A stretch of 64,000 nucleotides of DNA, from contig CM119267.1 of NCBI GenBank assembly GCA_051294375.1, forward strand, positions 11,543,553 to 11,607,552. The letters are read 5' to 3'. The position numbers were made by a program, and so were the translations under genes. Source of the DNA: Paraspadella gotoi (lineage: Eukaryota; Animalia; Chaetognatha). The notes below the pieces were generated by a model, which was not told the DNA's origin, made no database searches, and saw only the letters and a list, made by a program, of their open reading frames with translations. Positions 25,040 to 39,214 of the stretch are shown here, piece after piece (position 1 is the stretch's first letter; every line of letters starts with the position of its first letter).

Positions 25040-25195
25040 CTGTCACGTCACGTCTCACGTGTCAACTCTTCGACCGAGCGAGTCACGTGAGCGAAATGGT
25101 GGCGACCACGGCGGCGGCGGCGCAAATTGAGGTCACTCGGTCAGAAGGACGTGAAACTTCGCGTCCCTGCGTTCTGCGCCGACGACGGTGAGTGG
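25040..25195 (+). promoter_or_regulatory. CpG-rich promoter-like region with E-box cluster and a strong 5' splice donor
   Basis: CACGTG at 25056 and 25084, further TCACGT half-sites, and CG|GTGAGT at about 25188. Confidence 0.3.
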
Positions 25196-25966
25196 AATAA
25201 AAACAAGAGTCGAACGGAGGAAATCATCGGCGTTGCTCTTAGCGGGAATTGGCTCGGGGAAAAAGAAAGGAAAGAAGAAGGAAAGAAAAAGAGAAAAGAA
25301 AAGTAAAGCGAGAGAAAAAAAAAAGAAAAGTAAGCTCAGGATGAAAAGAGAGGAATGAAAAAGCGACGGAAAATGGATCCGTCCGCTCTTCTTTGTTACC
25401 GGAATCAAAGAAGAGCAGAGACGCTATGGAATTTTCTATCTAATCGGAAGGAGGAAAGGAAAAAAGAGATTAAAAGGGAAGGGAGGAGATATTAAGAGAA
25501 AAGAAAGAGAGATTACTAGGAAAGAGGAAATAGAAGAAAAGAAATGTATTTCAAGAAAAGAAAGAGCGGGGTGAGCTTGAAAGATTGAAACAAGAAAACA
25601 AAGCGAAAAGAGGAAAATAGCCAGAAGGCTGAAAAAAGGAGAGAGCAAAACTAAATGAAAAATTAAGAAACTAAGTCAAAAGCAAGTATTATGGAATAAT
25701 GTGAATAAATTCTGTAAAAAAATTCCTTTCAGCGTTGTAAAAGCAGAAAATAGAAAGAAAAGACGAAACATTTTTTAAAAAATGAATGAAAATGAGAGTA
25801 AACAATGAAAAAAAAGTTTAAAAAGGGAAAAAAAGAAAAAAAAACGATGGCAGCGAAGGAAAAAAAGAAATGAAAATGGAGGAAGGCGAGGAAAATGCAA
25901 AATCGCAATTCGACGAGTAGAAGGTAAGGGAAAAGAGAGAGAGAGGTGAGAGAGAGAGAGATGAGA

Positions 25967-26048
<82 letters not shown>

Positions 26049-27033
26049 AGAAATAAAAATGGGGTGAAAAAGTAGGAAAAGAGGAGGAGAGCGAGCTGAT
26101 CATCCATTAACTTTTTCTCTAATGAAGACTTCCATTTTCTGATCCGTTTCGTTCTCCACTCATGAAGAAGAGAGGGGAACAATTTAGAAAAAAAAAAAGG
26201 GGAGGAAAAAAATAAATAAAGAAGTAGATGAATAAATAAATAAGTAATGAGAAGAGGCGAAAGACCCCTAAATAATGCGAATCGGTACCAGAAGAAAAGA
26301 AAAAAAGAACTAGGAACAAAGAAGGATTAATAAGGATAAATAAAAGACATTGCCGTCATCAAAAAAACAGAAGGCTAGTTACTAAGCTTTATATTTACAT
26401 AAATAAAGCAAACATTTTATAATTATAAAATAGAATAACAAGTAATTTCACATTTTAGAAATGAATGGTTAACACAATAAAACAATAAAAGACTTTAGAA
26501 ACAAAGAGAAATAAAAAAAACTAGAACTTTTTTAAGCGAAGAAAAAAAGCGCATGTTACCAGCGAGAAAATGGAGCGTGGGCGTTGTGGACTGTGGAGGC
26601 TGATGGGGGAGGGGGTTGGGTGGATGAGGTAGAGAAAAGGGAGAAACAAAAGAACCACAAGACGGTCGAAAGCGTAAATGGGCAGTAAACGGGCAGAGAA
26701 GCGAAAAAGTGACGTCGTTTGAAAAAAAAAAAAAAAAAAAAAAAAAAAAGCGCAGGTGAAGCGAATTCGTTCCTAACTGCCTTTCGCCCGAGCGACGCTG
26801 ACCTTAGATCATCTCCAGACGCGCCTCTGGTCAGCTAGGAAAAAAGGAGGAGGTGGGGCTGGGAGTGAGGTGAGAAGAACAGACGGGGGGCGGGTAAGAT
26901 GGAGGTGAGTGGGCGTAAGATCTTTGACAAGTGTTAAACTTAAAGTCATGACACTGATGCAAACCAAGTTGAGAGAAATCTACGTTCAAGCCAACGTCCA
27001 CCTTACATGTTAACTTCTGAGCGATTCTATTCG

Positions 27034-27059
27034 GCGTCGCGGTCGCCGTCGCCGTCGCG

Positions 27060-27114
<55 letters not shown>

Positions 27115-27116
27115 CC
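27034..27116. repeat. (GTCGCC)n hexamer repeat
   Basis: Read directly; it produces the spurious ATATAT peptide in the ORF track. Confidence 0.95.
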
Positions 27117-27401
27117 AACCCTTCCGTAATCACTAAAAAATTCCTTTTTTTACTTTCGCGATTTATACTCGAAAGAAATTGACTAAAAAAGAAAATTTCT
27201 TCTCCACCCTTTCTCCTTCACCGATTTCCCTTCCCGAAATATAAATATTATTTCGACTACCTTTTTTTTTATTCGGCTTTCACCATAAAACCGCTTTTTT
27301 CGTTTGAAGGTTTTTTTCCGACACAAAAGCCGCAAAAAAAGTTTCCCTCCCTAAAGAGGCATACGAAAAAAAAATAACAAAATAGATAAAAAAAAGATGG
27401 G

Positions 27402-27462
<61 letters not shown>

Positions 27463-28804
27463 ATGTAGTGTTTACCTTCTCCTCTTTTGTTGTTGTTTGC
27501 CCTTAAATCGCTAAACCATCCACTCACTACGTCACAACAGACACCCCCTCAACATCCACCCCCTCATCATCCACCCCCTCAACAGCCACCTCTTCAACAA
27601 CCACCCCCTCTTTACATTCCCTTAACTCCTGCCCCAATCCCAATCTGCAATCCCCCTTGGAACCGTGTCTTTCGGAAACAACGAGAAATAAAACTGCTTT
27701 TGGCGTTTGGCGCGCGACGTGGGTGAGAAGGAAGGCATGTTGAAAAAAAAGAAGAGGGAAGAGGGGGGGGGGTTTGAGTCTAAAAGGTTAAATTGCCCGT
27801 GACAACGTTTAGTGGAGAAATGGGAGAGGATAGAAACAAAACGGAGTTTATTGAAGAGAAAGAGAGAAGAAAGGAAAGCGTGAAATTGCGTCCGAGAAAA
27901 AAAAAAGAGGGTTGCTAATAGGGGGAAAGGAAAAAGAAATAGCTAAGCCGAGTAAGGTTATATGAGGTTAAAAACGGTAGGAGGCGAGAAAAGGAGGCGC
28001 GGAGCGAAGAGGAAAGAAACTTACTACTTAGTAACATTTATGAGGAACGAGGAAACTCTCTAGCGAGAAAGAGTAGCGAGTTTATGCGACGCAGGGGTTG
28101 AAGGGTTCGAACGCGCCAGCTCATAACTCTTTCCCTTGTTTTCTTCCCGCGCATAAAAAATGGAGAGACGGCGACGGCCGAGGATCGATATTCGGATGAG
28201 AGAATTCCTCCAACGGAGGTTCAGGGTCGCGCGAGGAAAGTGGAAAACTGGATTCGAAACACGTGACATCGACACGCGACGAATGTGGAGCCAGCGTGGA
28301 TCCGTTATCCAAGGATAACCGGCGGACGAGTCGGTTTAGGATAGGGGAATGACTAAACGGAAATGCGTTAAGGATTTATTTAAAAATCGGTTGTCATCGA
28401 AGATTCGGGTTTTGTTTAATTCATACGAGCTGAGCTATTAGCACAAAAACAACATAGTGAAAATAACTAAATAAAGACTAAATAAAGATTAATACATCAA
28501 TTCGGCACCATGACTCAGCGAACCTTCGATATTTCTTCGACTAAAACAGTTATAAACTTGGCGCGATCTCTCACTGCTAAACTGCAGAAAATTCTGTTTT
28601 TAAACACTTTAGTTATGCGCCGCGAGCTTGGCGCGAATCACGCAATTCTTTGCGTGAAGCAAGCGCTCGCTTTTGTGAGATTCTCGAAAGTCGGGAATAT
28701 CTTTCGCGTCCGGGATCTTTCTCCTCTTTTCTCAAGGACGAAGAAGAAAGACGTAAAAATTTCACGACAATTAGCGCGCGAGAATTTGAAGAGTCGGCAC
28801 GTCG

Positions 28805-28841
<37 letters not shown>

Positions 28842-29576
28842 TTCTCTTCTCTCCTCTCTCTCTTTCTTCTTCGATTGAAAAGGCAGCGTCAACCTATCCC
28901 CATCCCATCTCTCCCTTTCCTTCCCCCCATGTCACCCAAAAAGAAAATAATCTTTTCCTTCTGAAGCGAAATTTGCGAAATCGAAAGATCAAAGACTCAA
29001 GTGAACCTCATGTCTTTCTATCTTTTATCTTTTGCGTTTCGAAGCGAAATAGAGGAGAAGAAAAGAGAAGACGAAAAAAAATATTTATTTTTTTCGCACT
29101 TTACAGTCCCTTTTTTACTTTTTTTTTTTTTTTGATAAATTAAAAAAATTATCCATTTTTGTTCTTTTCTCATTGAAGATAAAGTCAACTGAAAAAAACT
29201 ATAAACATGCCAAAATATCTATGTATTTTTGTAATCATTTTTCCATGGGCTCATTCAAGTTATAATGTTATTAATTTCCTTGCATCCGATTAAGTTATTA
29301 TATAAACCAGGTTCTCTCGAGCCTGACCGTTAATTAACGGCAATATTTCACACATTCTCGTCCGTTTGCAATTTTAGCATTGTCAAAACTACCTGTAAAA
29401 ACCTAATCATAAAACCATTGTAAAGACTTCATTGCTAAGATTGAGCCTTCTAAACCAGCGTCAGATTAGGTAAAAAAAAAAGAGAGCCGTTACATTTTCC
29501 TCCGTTATATAATTTCATTGAAAATTCCTATAATTTTGAGCGGCGGCCTCCTCTTCGTTTTTTTTTTGCTCTATCG

Positions 29577-29887
29577 TCACTTGCGGTTTTGACAAAGGGC
29601 AACGATGATGATCCACAACAAACTCTCCAGCAACAGCATCCGGTTCCGAATGGCCTCCAGCTCCGACTGAATTCGCGCCGTTTTGTCGGCCATGGACGTC
29701 GGACGATCGTTAACTGCTAGGGTGTTGGGGTCCGGAAGGAGTTTTGGAGTAGCGGGATCGGGGGGGTGTTGAAGAACAATCGCAAAGAAAATCTCAAACT
29801 CCTTGGCTCCTCACCGACGAAGGCGGCGTTGTAGAGATTCCACAAGAGGAAGACGGTGGCGAATAATATCGCCGTCGATCGAAACAT
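29577..29887 (-). CDS. Possible small 2-exon secreted or membrane protein (about 75 aa), or the 5' part of a longer gene
   Basis: Exons 29800-29887 and 29577-29716 with a phase-1 GT-AG intron give MFRSTAILFATVFLLWNLYNAAFVGEEPRTVNDRPTSMADKTARIQSELEAIRNRMLLLESLLWIIIVALCQNRK*. It has a hydrophobic N-terminus, a heptad-like middle and a hydrophobic C-terminus. Confidence 0.4.
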
Positions 29888-32390
29888 CTCCGTCGCCTCC
29901 ATCATCCTTTTTTCTTCTCTCTGTCTCTCTCTCTCTCACTTTCTCCCACGTCTGTCGTGAGAACGATGCCCGATGGCTCCGCGGTTCCTTCTGGGATTCA
30001 GTAATCAAACATTTCTCGATATCGCGAAGGTTTAAATAGAAAAAATATTTAACAGAAGTTCGTCCACACTAATTATTAAATTAAATTTGGTGTTTAAAGA
30101 ATGAAAAAAAAAACTACGTGTATCGCAAAAGAGAATAAGAATTCCTCGCTGCCCTGGAAGACTCTCCTCCCACTCGTTCCATCTCTCGTTAAGGGATTAG
30201 AGCCTCCTTAAACCGCGCATTCCGCCCGTCAATTATGAGGGTGGAGCGAGTTTAAGGGTTGGGAAAAAATAATTGTGGAAAAAAGGACGGCGCGCAGGAA
30301 ATAAAAGGGAAAGTTTCGAAGGGAGAGTGAAAGATGTATAATTTATGTCACCGTTGAAGTGAACGCATCACATTCGTTTGCGTAAAAGAAGAAAGCGACA
30401 CTCGGATCTCGATGTCTTTTCCTTCTGTCAGATGCGGCGACGCGACTTCCGATTCTTATCACTGAGTCGTCGGAATCTCGTAAATTTGGCGCCGTCGTCG
30501 AAGGAAGGTAAATTCTACCCGGATGTAAATAGGATCCCAGCACTTGAGCTTAAAGAGAAATACTATTAAAGAGAGGTGGCCTCGATGGCAAAGAAAAGTC
30601 GGCTGGTGGAAACGGAATATATTTCAAGTGACGTCGATTATTAAGTTGAGTCACGTAACTGTAAGCGAGCTATTTGGTCCTAAAATAACAGTAAACTTAG
30701 CTCTAGTAGTATTCCCAATAAACATACCAATTAACTTACTTGTAGAATAAGAGATGCTAACTTGCTGTGGTAGAATACTCGCATGCTTGAAGCATATAGC
30801 TAGCTTAAGGGAAGTAAAGTCATAAGCATAGATACCCTATGGAGGAAAGAAAGATTCTTTATTAATAAACACATATAAAATGCTTCTAAAATAATTCCTA
30901 AGCCAATACGTAAGAACTAAGACCAGAGAGGATGGGACTGCCATATTGGAAGCCAACTCTGTTCCAAATCAAAGCATAGAATTCATCCTGAAGCTTTAAA
31001 CTATAATTGAAATACCTAATAGTGGGTTCCAATAAGAATATTTATAAGTTAGTTTAATTGATAATTATTATTAATAAATGTCCCAAACTCTCTAATCAAT
31101 TATTATCATCAATAGCTACACTAATGACAAAAGTGAATTCGTGAAATGAGAACATGAAATGACACAGGAACAGAATTTATGACAAGTCAATGTCAATACG
31201 ACAATATGCAAATGAGATTGATGAACTCAATATCATTCTTGGTTGTATCAAAAGTTCCTTCCTTATACAACGACTTGAGATGGAATAAATATTGCAAGTA
31301 GTTTATATCTTAAATGTATGTAATAGAAAATTATCCGCCACTTTCCTCCTCGTCATTGTCGCTGAATATGGCGCATTTTTTCGACGTCAAAAGATAAGGC
31401 TCTTCAGAATTCTGCCATTTTGAAACTCGGCGTCAACATTGAAAATGGCGTCATTTTTAAAAAGACGACACAACGTCGCGTTTAATTTTCTTCTTCGACG
31501 GCGTCGTTCGTCTTGGGAGTCGGATGGAGTGACGGACGACAAGGATGACGACGACGACGACGACGACGACGGCTAGTGACGAACGACGGCAATTATGACG
31601 CAGAGTTCGAATGACGAACGGTGACCCTGACGAGGAGACGGTGATAACGACGTCTACGACGACAGTGACGCTCGTGACGGCGACGTTAATAATGAAGCGC
31701 GACGCCCTCCTACGGCGAAGGCTTTTACGACTTTACGATCTAAACGCATCGAGAGAGTTTTTCTAGAAAAATTCATTTGGTGGTTGGTGAATCGGTGACG
31801 CATGACAACTGACTAATCAATATATATAATCATAACAAATAGTAATGTGGTCCATCTTCTCGCGTTTTATCTCCCGATTCTCCCTTAACGACATCTTCTG
31901 TCATCTATCCCGTATTCCTTTTCTCTCATGATCTTACTATCTTCGCTCCCTGGTTACAAACTCGTTTTATTTCTTCCAAGGGCCACTAAAATCCGTGGGC
32001 TTGGGGGGGGGGTGGAAGGAGAGAGAGAAGGGGATCGAGGCGAGGAGCGAAGAACGAAGATATGTTTTCGCCGAGAAAACATTAAATTTTGAGTTGAACT
32101 TTGAAAAAAATGTCTTTTTTTTTGGCAAAAGATCTAGGGAAAAGAATCCAAGGAGATAACAAGAAATAAACAAGAAAAAGAAAGAAACTGAAGAAGAAGC
32201 CCCGCGAGCGAAAAAGAAAACAAATACAAAAAATAAAAAGGAAAAAAAAGTTCAAATGAAACGGGAAGGGTAGAATGAAAAAAAAAAGAAGAAAATGAAA
32301 CAGATAAAGAAGAAAGAAAAAAGAAAAAAGAAAAATGAAAGGAAGAAATCTGGGGTAAAAAATCCAGAGCCCGATTTTTTTTTTTTTTTT

Positions 32391-32995
32391 NNNNNNNNNN
32401 NNNNNNNNNNNNNNNNNNNNNNNNNNNNNNNNNNNNNNNNNNNNNNNNNNNNNNNNNNNNNNNNNNNNNNNNNNNNNNNNNNNNNNNNNNNNNNNNNNNN
32501 NNNNNNNNNNNNNNNNNNNNNNNNNNNNNNNNNNNNNNNNNNNNNNNNNNNNNNNNNNNNNNNNNNNNNNNNNNNNNNNNNNNNNNNNNNNNNNNNNNNN
32601 NNNNNNNNNNNNNNNNNNNNNNNNNNNNNNNNNNNNNNNNNNNNNNNNNNNNNNNNNNNNNNNNNNNNNNNNNNNNNNNNNNNNNNNNNNNNNNNNNNNN
32701 NNNNNNNNNNNNNNNNNNNNNNNNNNNNNNNNNNNNNNNNNNNNNNNNNNNNNNNNNNNNNNNNNNNNNNNNNNNNNNNNNNNNNNNNNNNNNNNNNNNN
32801 NNNNNNNNNNNNNNNNNNNNNNNNNNNNNNNNNNNNNNNNNNNNNNNNNNNNNNNNNNNNNNNNNNNNNNNNNNNNNNNNNNNNNNNNNNNNNNNNNNNN
32901 NNNNNNNNNNNNNNNNNNNNNNNNNNNNNNNNNNNNNNNNNNNNNNNNNNNNNNNNNNNNNNNNNNNNNNNNNNNNNNNNNNNNNNNNNNNNNNN
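32391..32995. other. Assembly gap (N run). Other gaps: 880-904, 6521-6530, 33774-33913, 34829-34866, 55574-55598, 55905-56103, 56935-56959
   Basis: N characters in the sequence. Confidence 1.
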
Positions 32996-33738
32996 AGAGA
33001 GAGAGAGAGACGCACTCCATTGTCTCCGACTTTATCACGTCAGAAGCCCCCGGTTCCGTTGCCTTGGCGACCGAATTGGCAGACGACGGATCTCGGGGAC
33101 GAGGAGGCAGAAAAACACAGAAATAGAAAAACAGGAAAAAAAATACAGAAAAACAGAAAATCAATGAAAAGCATTAGCGAGTTTTTATCCCTTTTTTTAT
33201 GCTTTCCCTTCCAAACAACGAATTATTTCCCAACATTTTTTTTACTTCGTCTTCTCCGTCTTTTCCCGACCTCTCTCTCGACAACGAGAAAGGCTTAGTT
33301 GTAGTGCCATTATACTTAATTAAGTGAGATCTCTAAGACCTAAATGATTATTATATTAATTGATATGTATTTATTTATGATCGTTCAGACGTAACTGCGT
33401 TCAATGTTAAAATATCCGGCCTGCTCCGCCGCTAATCTAAACTTAGATAAGTGAAATATAAATTTGAAATTTAGTAAAAACCTATGAGTCATTGACATTG
33501 ACAGTGGTGTTCTGATTAGATGGAACTCCTTCTTAATAATATCTAGAAATACGGTCGCAGAAAAAAACATTTCTAAAGAAGAAATGGAGAAAAAAAGAAA
33601 GATACAGAATAGGCAGCACAGTTAATGTGTTGCCTTAAAACTTGTTTTAAAAAAATAAAAATTGTCGTACCACCATTTGATTTTTTTTTAGTTTCTTAGC
33701 AGAAGGAAATTAAAAAAAAAGCATCAAAGAGATTTTTC

Positions 33739-33773
<35 letters not shown>

Positions 33774-34148
33774 NNNNNNNNNNNNNNNNNNNNNNNNNNN
33801 NNNNNNNNNNNNNNNNNNNNNNNNNNNNNNNNNNNNNNNNNNNNNNNNNNNNNNNNNNNNNNNNNNNNNNNNNNNNNNNNNNNNNNNNNNNNNNNNNNNN
33901 NNNNNNNNNNNNNCGCCTCGATCGCGTGCGGGTGCGCGCCTCCTTTCCTTAAGGCGTTTATTCTTCCGAGTGCAAAGACGTAACAGATCTAATCGTCTTA
34001 TCCGGTGACTGATTCTAATTTAAATGTCGGGTCCACGAGGAGAATGCTTGACGTAGGCGCGTCTCAATTAAAAGCGTCCGAGTCGAGAGCCAAAACTCAT
34101 TAACTCTTGGGTAACTTCGTCGCTAAAAAGAGGGTGGTGAAGGGGAAG

Positions 34149-34185
<37 letters not shown>

Positions 34186-35101
34186 GCTGACAAGTCAATT
34201 CCCTTTCGCGCACAATAATCATATTTTTACTGCTCCCCCTACCGTTCGCTAAGAGATTCTCGGGCAAAGATTCTAATGAACCTAAAGAGATTTTTTTTAT
34301 TCTTCTCGGAGGGCGCGTCCTTGCATCATGGCGTCTTTGCGTTTTGGGCGCAATTGCGACAGGACTATTAATCTAACCGCGTTGGAACAGAATTAGGGAC
34401 ATCCATTGTTTCAACGACGGATTTCCTGTCTGATCTCAGCTCCCACCCCCCCAGAATGAGATCACAGAAACTTTGAGCTCACGAGATAAAATTAATTTGT
34501 TTTTTCTGACAACCGAAATGCGTCGCTCTGTAATTCTTCTTCTTTCCAATTATTATCACGAACAGGAATCGTCATTCACTTCCTCTCACAAAGATTTTAA
34601 TCCGTTACACGGCGTCATATCGGTCAGGAGAGCGAGCGGGATCGTTTCTAAAATTTTTTTTAAACAAACAGCAGAGAGAAAGAAAAAAATGATTCGAACG
34701 AAGTGAAATCGTCGATGAAGTCTAGAGACTCTGGCCGGTCTTTGCCGCCAATTGCTCATTTGTATGCGCGCCCTTGTCGCCGCAGCGCCGGCTGTCGGAC
34801 GGAAACGGAAAATAAAGAAAGCGAGAGANNNNNNNNNNNNNNNNNNNNNNNNNNNNNNNNNNNNNNGAGAGAGAGAAGAGACGGGTGGTGACGGAGAGAG
34901 AGAGATGAGTGAGAAGGAGAGAGAGAGATGGAAGTGTGAGGCCCGCCGCCGCCCGCTGACGGCTTGTTAAAGAACTTACCTAAGCGAAAAAAAAAAAACA
35001 AGTGTTTTTTTTTTTTCTCACCGGAGAAGTGTTAACTCATGGCGCTGACGGAGTTTTGTTTTTTTTTTCCTCTTCGGCGCCGCGTCTAACGAAGGAAACG
35101 A

Positions 35102-35164
35102 GTATTTACTATATTCAGCGTATTTACTATATTCAGCGTATTTACTATATTCAGCGTATTTACT
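35102..35164. repeat. 18-bp tandem repeat, 3.5 copies
   Basis: Unit GTATTTACTATATTCAGC. Confidence 0.95.
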
Positions 35165-36346
35165 GTTCTTTTTACGTGATGCAATCGAGAGTAAATGACT
35201 TGAGCCATTAAATAGTCGGCAAAAATAAAAATCGGCTCGATAACGGAAGATTTTAGTATTTGAAAAGCTTTTTACTTTTCTAACGATAATCATACTGAAA
35301 TAGAAAATCAAAATATTTTTGTCCCAGTTGTGTTCAATCTCAATTTATTTCATTTTTAAAAACGTCATAGATTTTCCGTTTTACAAAAGAACAAAAACAA
35401 AAACGAAGAGGAAATTGAAAGCATTGTTCTTTCTCTCCAGTGTGAATCACAGGGTGATATTATAATTTGCAACGCATTCCCGACACTTTACACTTCTCCC
35501 ATTCAATAAATAGCATTCATGGGCCGACTCAACTTAAACGCATCTTAAATTTACTATTTACTCCTTCCTCCTTCTCTCGGCCAATTGCCCAATTTCTCCG
35601 CCCCTATCGAGTTTCTTTCACTCTCTTCCCTAAATTCTAATCCTGCATTTTTTCTCCCTTCCTTCCTTTCCTTTTCTCCTTCCTTCCTTTCTTTTCCCTT
35701 TCCTTCCTTTCCCCTTCCTTCCTTTCCTTTCCCCTTCCTTCCTTTCCTTTCCCCTTCCTTCCTTTCCTTTCCCCTTCCTTCCTTTTCTTTACCCTTCCTT
35801 CCTTTTCTTTACCCTTCCTTCCTTTCCTCTCACCTGACAATTTTTCAATCCCACCTCACACCTTTTTATCCATTGCGAAGAGAAAAAAAAGATCCGATGC
35901 CATCGTCGCTGTTGCGAAAACGACGACGACGACGACAACAACGAAAAAGAAATTTCCAATCTTTCCGCACGGAATCAAATAGAATAGTAGAAAGGTCAGA
36001 CAGCGGGGGCGCCGCGACATCCACGCCCCCCCTCCCCTTCGGGCTCCGCAGCCCGATTCGCGGTTTCTCACCCGCAGCCAACGCCGCAACCCCGGGGGTT
36101 GATATCCTGATTCCGCCAAGGATGACCCCTTGTCTTAACCCCCGTAGGAAACAAAAAAATAGGAGAGAGAGAAGAGAGCGCAGATGAGAGAGAGAGACAA
36201 GAAGTGAGAGAGAAGAGAGAAGGGGGAGGGGGAGAGGGGCGAGGAGGGGGAGAGGGAGAGAGAGAGAGAAGAGAGAAGAGAAGATATGAAGAGAAGAGGA
36301 GTAGTGCAGTGCGAGAGAGAGAAGATAAGAGAGAGAGAGGAGGGAG

Positions 36347-36398
<52 letters not shown>

Positions 36399-37086
36399 GG
36401 GAGAGAAGAGAGAGAAAAGAGAGAGACGAGAGAGAGATGATCTTATAGGGAAGAAGAGAGGGGAGAGAGAGAGTAAGGAGAGACAGAGAGAGATGATGAT
36501 GAGGTCGTGACGTGCCTCAGCGTTGGCATCGACTCCCGACCAATTTGTTTTCCTCCCTCTCACCCACCTAAATAAGCACACAATTCCGCAGTCTTTCTTA
36601 CTCTCCCTCGCATTCGGCCACCCAAATGCCCCCCCCCCCTTCCTCTCGCCCGAGCCTTTCCCCCCCTTCATTTTTTCGAGAACGTTGCCTCGCCGGGCGT
36701 TCGGGTTGTCAAGGAGACGACGAGGGTGGAAGGCGAGTGGAAATCGGAAGCGAGATTCGGAAAAAGAAAAAAAGGTGGAAGGCGACGGCCTTGAGAAGGA
36801 TATCGTCTGAGAACCATCTTCTAATATACAAACAAATGAATAAATAAACCAATAACGATGAGGAAATCCAAATCGAAACTCGAGTCGCCGCGACGCTGAC
36901 ACCGCCGAACAGCGAGGTACGCACGTCAACCGACGTACGATCGAATTGCATCCTCGTGTACGCGGAAAGATTCGTAAACACATCCTCCTTCGTACTTGAC
37001 GCTATTTGCATTTTTGTCGTTTAAATTGTCGCGAGTCGGCTTTGGCGTTTTCTCCTTCCGTAATCCACACGAGATCTCCGTTAGGC

Positions 37087-37183
<97 letters not shown>

Positions 37184-38594
37184 TGTTTTGCATTTATGCA
37201 AATGTTGTTGTTACGTCGCGAGTTCTTAATTTTGATTTATATTCGCGTCGTTGAGAGTGAGAAGATTATGTTAACAAAAAGAAAGAGAGAAAGAAAAAAA
37301 TAAATAAAGAAAGAAAGAAAGAAGAAAAAGAAAGAAGAAAGAAAGAAGAAAGAAAGAAAGAAAGAAAGAAGAAGAAAGAAAGAGAGAAAGAAAAAAGAAG
37401 AAAGAAAGACTGACTGACTGACACTGACTGACTGACTGACTGACTGAACTGACTGACTGAATGAATGATGAATGAATGAATGAAAGAATGAATGAAAGAA
37501 TGAATGAAAGTTAGTGATTTTTCAATCGTACTAATGACAGTAAACGGGCATTGCATAAGCTCACCCCGCCTATAAGCATGACACTTTCACTGAAGGTCCT
37601 TCAGTCATGGCACGGTGGCTCATTGAGTAAAGCCAGCTGCTCATGACCAGTACGTATGGATGGTCGTAGACAGCCTCTGGGGCCTGGAAAACCTCCAAGC
37701 CTGGTTCCAAGCCCAGGACCCTTTCTGTGGCTGCCAGAGGGGTTAAAGAAGTTGCGGATTGTCAACTTAGCACCTGATCCACAACTGTTCCATACATGTC
37801 TCCGATTGTCATAAATAATGTTTTAGTTTTCCGTTCCCCGGAAATGCATAACAACCAACGAAAAAATGAAGAAACAAAAAGCAAAAAAAAAAACAAAGAG
37901 ACAGAGAAAAAAAGAAAGACGCTCTCACCAGGTGGTTGACTTCTTTGCCGAATTTGCCAGAGACAAAACTCGATTTCAGATTAGACGCTGCACTTTGCTT
38001 TGTCAGAAGAGGTAGTGATCCTTTTCCATTTACGCCTTTCGGTTCACTGCTTTTTCGGGATTTCCAAATATGTTCAATGGTCAGTTGTTCTTGGTCAATT
38101 TTATTGAATAAGTGGAGTAGAAAGAATCTGTTTTGGTAGAGTAAAGGAAGAGAGAAATCTAAGATAAGCGACATATGAATTTAGTTAAAGCTCGTAAACT
38201 GGAGCATCGATGAAGGATGGATGGAGATGCCAATCTCAAGAAAGTCCGAAAAACTAATCCCAATACAATATTTTTTTTCCAAAAACGAAAAAAACCACAA
38301 TCATTTTCCGTATACAAAAATCGTAAATGTTTTAGTGGTTACATAGTTGATGAGTTTAGATTAGTGGAGGTGTTCAAAATAAAAATGGAGAACGTTATCA
38401 GATGAATCTATTTGTTTAAATCAGAAAAGCGCTGTTTGTACAATCCATTTTCATAAGGATATTGTAAGAAAATTTTGGTTTACATTTGTACACAAAAAAT
38501 AAAAGAGAAAAGACGAAAAAATTACTGGATCAATCGGTCCATTCCCTAAAAGTAAAGTCGGAAATAACTAAATTAGGATCGACAAAGCAAATGA

Positions 38595-38817
38595 AACATA
38601 CAATTGAAACATTCTTTGAAATACTATACCACTCTGGGTGTGAATAAACTCGACTGTGAAAGAGTCTTGATTGAAAGCTTGCCGGGACTTCCTATGTCAT
38701 TATCTTGTAAGAGTGATGGAGGCCTTAAACCACCAAAGCCAGCTAAATTCAGGGGCAAGATAGCTTATTTACTATTACATGAATGGACAATTTTTATATT
38801 GGTTGTACCAATTTCAT
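38595..38817 (-). repeat. R1 copy
   Basis: Reverse complement of 17970-18190 (GTAAGAGTGATGGAGGCCTTAAACCACCAAAGCC...GGTTGTACCAATTTCA). Confidence 0.85.
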
Positions 38818-39214
38818 TAGTAAAAAAGATAATATTCTTTTTGTTTTTTGTTTTTTTTTTGGCCAGAGAGTCAAGAATCTTTGTGGTTTTCAACGTTCGT
38901 CACTAACTTTCCCTTTAGAAATCTTTCCTTCTTCTCCCTTTTTTTTCGTGGGAACAACAGAAAAAAGGAAAACGACGATGATGGCTGCGTCTCGATCTTG
39001 ACCGGAAACATAAGACGACCTTTTCACCCCTTGGGGGCAGCTGAGGGGGCGTGGCAACGTGATTCGGGGAGAGTGAGATGGGGCTATGGGATCGGCGGGA
39101 GGGGCGACGCGAAAGGATCATGGAAAACTTGACGAATATCTCATTTTCAAATTGCTTTAAAAAAAATAAAAGAAAACTACGGGAAATCAAATGTATAAAT
39201 TATACATGTAATAA

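Noticed and set aside
28550-28790. E2F-like TTGGCGCG cluster as a promoter
   Set aside because: Only two or three short matches in CpG-rich DNA, with no adjacent gene identified.
32082-33167. Long ORFs of 290-360 aa
   Set aside because: They run through an N gap.
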